The translations under genes and the position numbers were made by a program. A model generated the notes under the pieces. The model was not told the DNA's origin, did no database searches, and worked only from the letters and a program-made list of their open reading frames with translations. This document shows positions 57,760-64,000 of a stretch of 64,000 nucleotides of DNA, piece after piece (positions within the stretch are counted from its first letter, which is position 1; each line of letters begins with the position of its first letter). This DNA is from a virus (Duplodnaviria; Caudoviricetes): positions 1 through 64,000 of the IMG/VR virus record IMGVR_UViG_3300028048_000002; one strand, 5' to 3'.

Positions 57760-59574
57760 CTATTCTGCAACAGAGACAATACGTGAAGAAATTAAAGACC
57801 AATTTAAACCTCCTATAAATTGATAATATAAAGAAGCAGGTACATATACTGAACCGTAAGTTCCTGCAACATCAATATATCCTCCAATAGGTGTATTTGC
57901 AAATGCTGTCGAGGTAATTAATGAACATAGCTTAGAAACATTTTCTAGATGTAACTCAGTCAAACGAACGCATCCGTCAAAAGCACGAGAATAAATTGTA
58001 GTAGCTTTAGAAAAATACACTGCTTCCAAATTCGTGCACCCATTAAATGCACTACTTCCAGTTGCAGTAACAGCTGGAAAAGTTGCTGATGTTAAACTTG
58101 TGCACCCTTGAAATGCAGACCATTGAATTGTCGTAGCTGTTGGAAAACTTATTGTTGACAAATTCGTACAATTCCAAAACGTACCCATTGCAATTGTCGT
58201 AGCAGTGGGGAAATACGCCGCTTTCAAATTCGTACACCCATCAAAGGCATAGCTTCCAGTTGTCGTAGCGGATGGAAAGCTTACTTCCTCCAAACTCGTA
58301 CACATTCGAAATGCAGACCCTTGAATTGTCGTAGCAGCTGGAAAACTTATTGTTGACAAATTCGTGCACCCAGAAAAAGCAAAAGGTCCAATAGATGTAG
58401 CTAAAGGGAAAATTGCTTCTGACAAACTTGTACACCCTTGAAATGCACTACTTCCAATTGTAGTAACAACTGGAAAACTCACTGATGTTAAACTCGTACA
58501 TCCTTGAAATGCATATCCTTGAATTGTCTTAGCGGATGGAAAGTTCGCTGATAATAATCCTCCGCACTGAGAAAATGCATTATTTCCAATCGTAGTAACC
58601 GCCGGGAAACTCACCTCTGATAAACTCGTACACTTGGAAAATGCATAAGATCCAATTGTAGTAACAGCTGGAAAACTTATTAATTCTAAACTTGCACAAC
58701 TATGAAATGCTTGGGTTGGAATCGAAGTTAAAGATGGAAAATCTACTGTTTTCAAACTCGTACAATCCTTAAACGCGCTGCTCCCAATTGAAGTAACCAA
58801 AGGAAAACTTGCTTCTGACAAACTTGTGCACCCATTGAACACATCCCCCTGAAATGTAGTAGCAGAGGGAAAACTCACTGATGTTAAACTCGTACACCCT
58901 TGAAATGCATCTTGCCCAATTGAAGTAACCAAAGGAAAACTTGCTTCTGACAAACTTGTGCAAAGTTGAAATGCATAATTACTGATTGTAGTAGCTACTG
59001 GAAAACTCACTGTTGTTAAACTCGTGCACCCATTGAACGCACTGCTTCCAATTGAAGTAACCAAAGGAAACCTTGCTTCGGCCAAACTCGTACAAAGTTG
59101 AAATGCATAAGGACCGATTGTAGTAGCTACTGGAAAACTCCCTGCAGTCAAATTAGAACACCTATGAAATGCATAATTACTGATTGTAGTAGCTGCTGGA
59201 AAACTTATTGTTGACAAATTCGTACACCCAGCAAATGCATCTTGTCCAATTGAAGTAACAGAGGGAAAACTCACTGTCGATAAACTTGAACAGCCACTAA
59301 ATGCATAATTACCAATTGTAGTTGCAGAAGAAAAACTCACTGTTGTCAAATTCGTACAATCATAAAAAGCATATTTTTTAATTGATGTTACTGAAGCATT
59401 TTCAACTTCAGTAATACTTCCGTCAATTAAAGCACCAATATTACCACCTGTTGATATTGATGCAATTTCATTAGGCATTTCATCAACAGTCATTGTAGCA
59501 CTTTTACCAGTTTTTAGTCGTATAGCATTTGCGATTGATGTTAATTTTGAATCATCAAGATATCCTATAGTCAT
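57760..59574 (-). CDS. BspA/TpLRR-type leucine-rich-repeat protein, 22 repeats of 22 aa
   Basis: (V/A)T(S/T)IG..AF.GCT.L..(V/A)SFP repeats; LTSIANAIR.KTG...MP.EI.SI N-terminus; YVPASL cap. Confidence 0.9.
   Translation of the reverse strand: MTIGYLDDSKLTSIANAIRLKTGKSATMTVDEMPNEIASISTGGNIGALIDGSITEVENASVTSIKKYAFYDCTNLTTVSFSSATTIGNYAFSGCSSLSTVSFPSVTSIGQDAFAGCTNLSTISFPAATTISNYAFHRCSNLTAGSFPVATTIGPYAFQLCTSLAEARFPLVTSIGSSAFNGCTSLTTVSFPVATTISNYAFQLCTSLSEASFPLVTSIGQDAFQGCTSLTSVSFPSATTFQGDVFNGCTSLSEASFPLVTSIGSSAFKDCTSLKTVDFPSLTSIPTQAFHSCASLELISFPAVTTIGSYAFSKCTSLSEVSFPAVTTIGNNAFSQCGGLLSANFPSAKTIQGYAFQGCTSLTSVSFPVVTTIGSSAFQGCTSLSEAIFPLATSIGPFAFSGCTNLSTISFPAATTIQGSAFRMCTSLEEVSFPSATTTGSYAFDGCTNLKAAYFPTATTIAMGTFWNCTNLSTISFPTATTIQWSAFQGCTSLTSATFPAVTATGSSAFNGCTNLEAVYFSKATTIYSRAFDGCVRLTELHLENVSKLCSLITSTAFANTPIGGYIDVAGTYGSVYVPASLYYQFIGGLNWSLISSRIVSVAE
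57950..59400 (-). repeat. 66-bp degenerate tandem repeat array encoding the LRRs
   Basis: For example ccaattgaagtaaccaaaggaaaacttgcttctgacaaacttgtgca at about 58784 and 58916 (132-bp spacing). Confidence 0.9.
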
Positions 59575-59575
59575 T

Positions 59576-60439
59576 TTAATAGCTCCCAGAATCTAAGTTA
59601 TTTAGAGTTGTTTCATTAAAGAACCAGTCAAACCCTAAACCATCAATAGAACTAATAGTTTGTTGTATAAGAATTCCATTTACAACAGACAAATTACTAA
59701 ATCTTGCATATGTTGAATATGAATTTTTAGCTGATACAGAAGCAAGTTCAAATAGCATACCATTATATTGTCCAACAACTTTAGCACCTCTATAAAAATT
59801 CTGTACAATATCGTTTCTGCCAAAATGAGTAGATGTTTTCAGATGCCCTGTTGAAGAATCTAAAGTGAATTCCACAAACATAGTACTACATTCATAATAT
59901 GTAGTTTGATTAACTATATCATTAGAATCAATACTGAGTAGCATACTACAAGAATCAATACCGAAATTTGGAATAATATCACCATTCAATAAATAATTAT
60001 AATGATTCTGAAATACAATTTCATGTTTAGAAGTATTGTCTGTCCATTTCATAGCATAATACATGCTTCCAATACTTGAAGAATTATCAGGATCAGGAAA
60101 ATTTACTACTGCTGCTTTACCTGAGTTTAAGTGAGCAAGTATTTCATCAAATGTTTTATCAAAAGTTATAGGTCCGTATTCAGCATACCAATCATCATAC
60201 TCTTGAGTAGCATTGATAATCATTAAATTATCATCACCTTTTGGACCCTGTGGGCCAGGTTCACCTTGTGGACCTTGCGGACCATCAAAAGCTCCCGCAT
60301 CAGCTTGCTCTTGAATATCGGCAATTAAATTATTTAATTGATCTTGTGCTTCAGTTAAAAATAAATGTACATATTCACGTATTTTAGAATAAGTATTAGG
60401 ACTGATATAAACTTTTAAAGGATTAGTTATTAATGCCAT
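59576..60439 (-). CDS. fibre-like protein with a short collagen (Gly-X-Y) stretch
   Basis: GAFDGPQGPQGEPGPQGPKGD; TFDKTFDEI module. Confidence 0.65.
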   Translation of the reverse strand: MALITNPLKVYISPNTYSKIREYVHLFLTEAQDQLNNLIADIQEQADAGAFDGPQGPQGEPGPQGPKGDDNLMIINATQEYDDWYAEYGPITFDKTFDEILAHLNSGKAAVVNFPDPDNSSSIGSMYYAMKWTDNTSKHEIVFQNHYNYLLNGDIIPNFGIDSCSMLLSIDSNDIVNQTTYYECSTMFVEFTLDSSTGHLKTSTHFGRNDIVQNFYRGAKVVGQYNGMLFELASVSAKNSYSTYARFSNLSVVNGILIQQTISSIDGLGFDWFFNETTLNNLDSGSY

Positions 60440-60460
60440 TATAGTCTTCTTTCATATAAA

Positions 60461-61750
60461 TTACTTAGGAATATCAGAAGATTCTTCAATATATGTATAT
60501 GTACTAGAAGAAGGATAATTAGCTGCGGTTGTGTAAGCTTCTAAACTTCCTGCCGGAACATATATCTTACAATTAGTAGGAAGGTTTGACCACACATTTG
60601 AAGATGCGGTAGGGGGCGTAGCGCGTTTAAATTTGATTTCACCTAAACCATAACAATTTTCAAATGCACGTGCATATATAGAAGAAACACTCTTAGGTAT
60701 TGTTATAGAGGCGAGAGAACTACAAGTTGAAAAAATATCTGAATCTAATAACGTAATACCTTGAGGTATTGATATATTTCGCAAATATCCACAATTTTTA
60801 AAAGCATACATGCTAATAGTATTAATTGTATAAGGTAAAGATATAAATGAAATTAAACTGTTTTCAAAAGCATACCGGTCAATAGTAGTAATACCTACAG
60901 GTAAAGATATAATAACTGAAAAAGTCGAAGCAAAAGTTGAACTTCTAATAATTGTAACACCTTTCGGTATTGTTACAAATTTGAGCCTAGCGCATGAGCC
61001 AAAAGTACTACCAGCTATATCATCAAGTGTATATGGAATTGTTAAAGTTTCAAGATGATAACAATTAGACAACCCATACCCTTGAAACTTCATAGAATCA
61101 CCAAGTCTTACAGCTTTTATGCAATTTCCGTAAACTCGATTGTAAGATGCTGAAGAAAAATTTCCATGCATAAAAGGCTTAGCATATTCAGATCTAATTG
61201 CTGCTTCTCCAGATTTTACATGAATTTTAATTGTGTAATGTCCTGAAGTTGCATAAACATGCGGTATATACAAATTAGTACCTATTGAAGTTCCTGTAAT
61301 AGTATCAACGCTAGATTCATCATCCCAGTTAATTTCTACTTCACCATTTATGCCCAATGTTAGATACGGAGATAATCGACCGTCTAGCATAATTACATCA
61401 ATTTCAGTATCACCACTCTCTGTGATGTACATCTGGCCAACGTCACACGTACCCATAGCTAAGAATTGCTCTTCTACTTCTTCAAGCGTATAATTCCATC
61501 CTTGAGCTACAAGCCCCTTATGCTGAGGATTTTTGGGCAATGAATCAGGTGGAACTTTATAACTTGCTACTAATGTACCATCATAATCAAAAAATCTAAT
61601 AGGGTCTTCAATAGAACCTATAGGTATTACAGGTTTAGGCCCTCTACCATCGGGAAAATCTTCAATATTATCTATAACTACATGAATTTCATCATACATG
61701 TTTACTGGCATATTACCTAATGCAGTACCTGATATATCATTTATAGACAT
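60461..61750 (-). CDS. second BspA-type LRR protein with PKD/Ig-like domain
   Basis: FFDYDGTL...QGWN; INWDD...HVYATSGHYTIKI; TIP..I..I...AF.NC..L repeats; IYVPAGSLEAY cap. Confidence 0.85.
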   Translation of the reverse strand: MSINDISGTALGNMPVNMYDEIHVVIDNIEDFPDGRGPKPVIPIGSIEDPIRFFDYDGTLVASYKVPPDSLPKNPQHKGLVAQGWNYTLEEVEEQFLAMGTCDVGQMYITESGDTEIDVIMLDGRLSPYLTLGINGEVEINWDDESSVDTITGTSIGTNLYIPHVYATSGHYTIKIHVKSGEAAIRSEYAKPFMHGNFSSASYNRVYGNCIKAVRLGDSMKFQGYGLSNCYHLETLTIPYTLDDIAGSTFGSCARLKFVTIPKGVTIIRSSTFASTFSVIISLPVGITTIDRYAFENSLISFISLPYTINTISMYAFKNCGYLRNISIPQGITLLDSDIFSTCSSLASITIPKSVSSIYARAFENCYGLGEIKFKRATPPTASSNVWSNLPTNCKIYVPAGSLEAYTTAANYPSSSTYTYIEESSDIPK

Positions 61751-61781
61751 ACTACACACCCAAACTCTAAAAAAGTTATTG

Positions 61782-62393
61782 CTATTCAATATTACTAGCA
61801 TTTCCAAAGTAAATATAATTTACATCATCCGCAAACAAGTCATCTAGCACAATCAGTTGAAATGAACCTAAAAATTGAGACGAATCTTCATCAGATTGTA
61901 TTTTACATGAAATATATTTTGATTCATCTATTAAACCTGATTTGTATTCGATATAAGAATAATAACTTGTATCAGCATTTCCTACATATATGTGATCTTC
62001 AGAAAAACCGAAAGAATCACCAGAACCTGCAGCAAATAATAAATAGTTTAAAGGTGCTGAAAAGGTTATATCTCCGGAACCTATACAGGAAAAATCACAC
62101 AACATTAAACTCTCTGAATGAACAATAGACAATAAATTATCAAATGAACCAAAACTACAAGAAAAATTATTAAGTTTAACAGTTTCATTTATATCATAAA
62201 GAAGTTCAGAATTAATAGGTAACACTGCAACTTCATAATAATCACAAGATGAACTATGGAATTTTGCAAAATTTAATGACTCAAGTCCGCCTGCAGGTTT
62301 AAGCTCCTCAGCATTATCAACTACAATATGAAGAGGTTCTGGAATATTTAAAGCTATATTACCTAAAGTTGTGTTTGCTATGTATTTATCCAT
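61782..62393 (-). CDS. hypothetical virion-associated protein sharing its N-terminal motif with 60461..61750
   Basis: NTTLGNIALNIPEPLHIVVDN versus GTALGNMPVNMYDEIHVVIDN. Confidence 0.55.
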   Translation of the reverse strand: MDKYIANTTLGNIALNIPEPLHIVVDNAEELKPAGGLESLNFAKFHSSSCDYYEVAVLPINSELLYDINETVKLNNFSCSFGSFDNLLSIVHSESLMLCDFSCIGSGDITFSAPLNYLLFAAGSGDSFGFSEDHIYVGNADTSYYSYIEYKSGLIDESKYISCKIQSDEDSSQFLGSFQLIVLDDLFADDVNYIYFGNASNIE

Positions 62394-62470
62394 GTTAATC
62401 CTTAAGATCTACACGTATATTATTAAACTAAATACAAAATTCATAAGAATATAAATGCAAAATTGGTTAT

Positions 62471-63460
62471 TTATTCTGCTTTTATTTGAATAGCTTCAAT
62501 AGCACACCCTATACCTACTGTACCAGTCATATATCCTGCAGATACCCATCCAGTCCAACCATAATTACTCAAATGAACTCTATAAGATACTTTAAATTTC
62601 TTTGGATTTTTAACAACATCAATTTCTATTGCTTCAAGTTGTTGAGATTTTCCAACACTACCTATGATAGGATCATGGACACTGCTCTCTTCTCCACTAT
62701 TTTCTGATCCATCAATATATTTCCAAGTTCTCCATCCAACATTCTCACAATGAGCTTTAACAGTTAATTCCATACCTTTAGGGGGGCTTATCTTTAAAGC
62801 TTCTATTGCATAACCATTTCCTGTAGTTCCTGCAGTTTGTCCATCTCTTACAGAAGAACACCATCCTAAATTAGCTACATGTGCACGATAATAAAACCCA
62901 TTATTGTTTACAGGTTTTCCAGGTTGTTGTTTATTTACATGAGAATCTTTTACATCTGCTTTACCGTTATAATGAAGTATACCATCCCAAGGATAATTGT
63001 AATATGCGTGGACAGCTGCTTCCCCTCCAGTTTGATCTCCTCTTTTACCGTAAACTCCACCTGTTTCACTTATGCAGAATTCTGTTAAAATATCAGGAAC
63101 TTGAGTATAGCACATAGCTACATGTGAACTCTCATTAAGATACAAATCACCAGGTTGAGCTAGGAAACTCATAGGTTTCCATTCAAATAAACCACTGGCA
63201 AGAAATATCTTTTTCATATTTCCCGTATACGTAGCATTATCTAAAGAATTAGCATACTTTGTACCTAATAGAGCTTTTCTCCAAGCTGTAATAGTAGATG
63301 AACTACAATCATAATCTCCTACAGCAATAGTAAATTTATGACCATCAACTGTCCAAGTTTCATTATGAGCTCCCCATCGTTCTGCCCAAGAATATCCAAA
63401 TCTATTATCATCTACCATTCTACGGTGAATATCTCTTGCTATTATATTTTTAGTTGCCAT
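62471..63460 (-). CDS. second endolysin: NlpC/P60-superfamily (Amidase_5-like) domain plus ChW-type repeats
   Basis: GYSW..RWG...DCSS...YTGNM...PGDLYL...HVAM...WDGILHY; C-half highly similar to 1786..2736. Confidence 0.85.
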   Translation of the reverse strand: MATKNIIARDIHRRMVDDNRFGYSWAERWGAHNETWTVDGHKFTIAVGDYDCSSSTITAWRKALLGTKYANSLDNATYTGNMKKIFLASGLFEWKPMSFLAQPGDLYLNESSHVAMCYTQVPDILTEFCISETGGVYGKRGDQTGGEAAVHAYYNYPWDGILHYNGKADVKDSHVNKQQPGKPVNNNGFYYRAHVANLGWCSSVRDGQTAGTTGNGYAIEALKISPPKGMELTVKAHCENVGWRTWKYIDGSENSGEESSVHDPIIGSVGKSQQLEAIEIDVVKNPKKFKVSYRVHLSNYGWTGWVSAGYMTGTVGIGCAIEAIQIKAE

Positions 63461-63572
63461 ATGAATTCTCCTTTGATAGCAGATATAACATTCTTGTATA
63501 GATAAAAGATTTATAAGAAATTATTTGATTCGGACTGTCGTTATATAGCCGTATGTGCTAAGCGCTGCTCCA

Positions 63573-63692
63573 CTATTTTACCATCCGACGAGAGACGCTG
63601 CGCTGCTCCTTTACGAACTTGACCAGGTAGCTGAGCGTGCCGGTCGCGATCGCCACGAGCACGGCGTCCACCACGACTTGAAAGCTCTCCAT
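63573..63692 (-). pseudogene. GC-rich single-transmembrane ORF, apparently truncated at the insert junction (MESFQVVVDAVLVAIATGTLSYLVKFVKEQRSVSRRMVK)
   Basis: Not in the ORF track; AGGGGG Shine-Dalgarno; stops where the composition returns to AT-rich. Confidence 0.45.
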
Positions 63693-63703
63693 CGTTACAC
63701 CCC

Positions 63704-64000
63704 CTAACGAATCCTCACGGCCTGCACCACGGCGGTAACGCTGAGGTTCCCGCCGCTGTTCTGCCAGCTCGTGAGGTAGTACTTCGTGCTAGCCGACGGG
63801 GTGAGCACGCCAGTTACCCTGACGCGGGTGACGGCACCAGATAAAGCAGCCTCGGTCGCCCTCCATTGCACCGATATACCACTACCGCCAGCTGTGGTGT
63901 TGAGCGCGGCGACACGCCGCCCAGTCCCGTTTGCGGCAAACTCTAAGTTAGCGAATACCATCCACGTCCCCGCCGCCAGAGTGAAGTTGAACAAGTCCTT
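63704..64000 (-). CDS. C-terminus of a GC-rich tail-fibre/minor tail protein (C1q/TNF-like beta sandwich); 5' end outside the window
   Basis: TLAAGTWMVFANLEFAANGTGRR...YYLTSWQNSGGNL...QAVRI; about 60% GC. Confidence 0.65.
   Translation of the reverse strand, partial: KDLFNFTLAAGTWMVFANLEFAANGTGRRVAALNTTAGGSGISVQWRATEAALSGAVTRVRVTGVLTPSASTKYYLTSWQNSGGNLSVTAVVQAVRIR

Noticed and set aside
57950-59400. CRISPR-like periodic repeats and alternative-frame ORFs (58052, 58241, 58769)
   Set aside because: The 66-bp period is in frame with the LRR protein and has no unique spacers. The short ORFs are frame shadows of the repeats.
53507-61750. Diversity-generating retroelement or invertible shufflon acting on the fibre/LRR genes
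   Set aside because: No reverse transcriptase or recombinase in the window, no non-coding template repeat differing only at adenines, and all shared segments are direct repeats within coding sequence.
1193-63117. Other short plus-strand and nested ORFs of 60-120 aa in the track
   Set aside because: They lie opposite or inside well-supported minus-strand genes and lack ribosome-binding sites or recognisable motifs. Only 10043..10405 was kept.
1-64000. Genome-wide stop-codon reassignment (TGA or TAG)
   Set aside because: Long genes are intact under code 11 with high coding density. TAG and TGA both end genes at tight gene boundaries, and island genes use ATGA/TGATG coupling. Only the 46791..47039 ORF is anomalous. 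The apparent TGA-TAA double stop at 41396 is explained by an overlapping start codon.

Overview
The window is a 64 kb slice of a large, AT-rich (about 30% GC by eye) contractile-tailed phage genome. Almost every real gene is on the minus strand. Reading left to right it holds: an HD hydrolase, an endolysin, a holin and RecU (0.4-3.6 kb); an array of about 12 small genes sharing a short basic N-terminal leader (1.4-7.7 kb); an SNF2 helicase; a T4-like head module (core protein, neck, gp23-like major capsid protein, gp21-like prohead protease fused to a coiled-coil scaffold); a baseplate/tail module with three peptidoglycan-hydrolase genes, a tape measure and a probably frameshifted chaperone pair; DNA-metabolism and accessory genes (deaminase, NAD ligase, ThyX) interrupted by a 2.2 kb GC-rich island; and a fibre/LRR/glycosyltransferase cassette, a second endolysin and a second GC-rich insert at the right edge. 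I saw no portal, terminase, sheath, tube, tRNA, CRISPR array or reverse transcriptase. The best candidate for a new system is a single [I/V]-x-[A/S/C/G/T]|small motif. It sits at the T4-equivalent maturation position of the capsid protein, recurs about 14 times in the scaffold, and ends the MK(R/K)xI(K/R)(S/A/C/T) leader of about 15 otherwise unrelated small proteins, most of them in one putative late operon. This suggests a capsid-targeting and protease-release cargo system with non-Glu specificity. Other leads are three promoter classes, shared N-terminal docking helices on the fibre proteins, an ORF with two Trp-like in-frame TGA codons, and gene capture from high-GC (probably Coriobacteriia-type) phages. 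All family calls come from reading motifs by eye, not from database searches.
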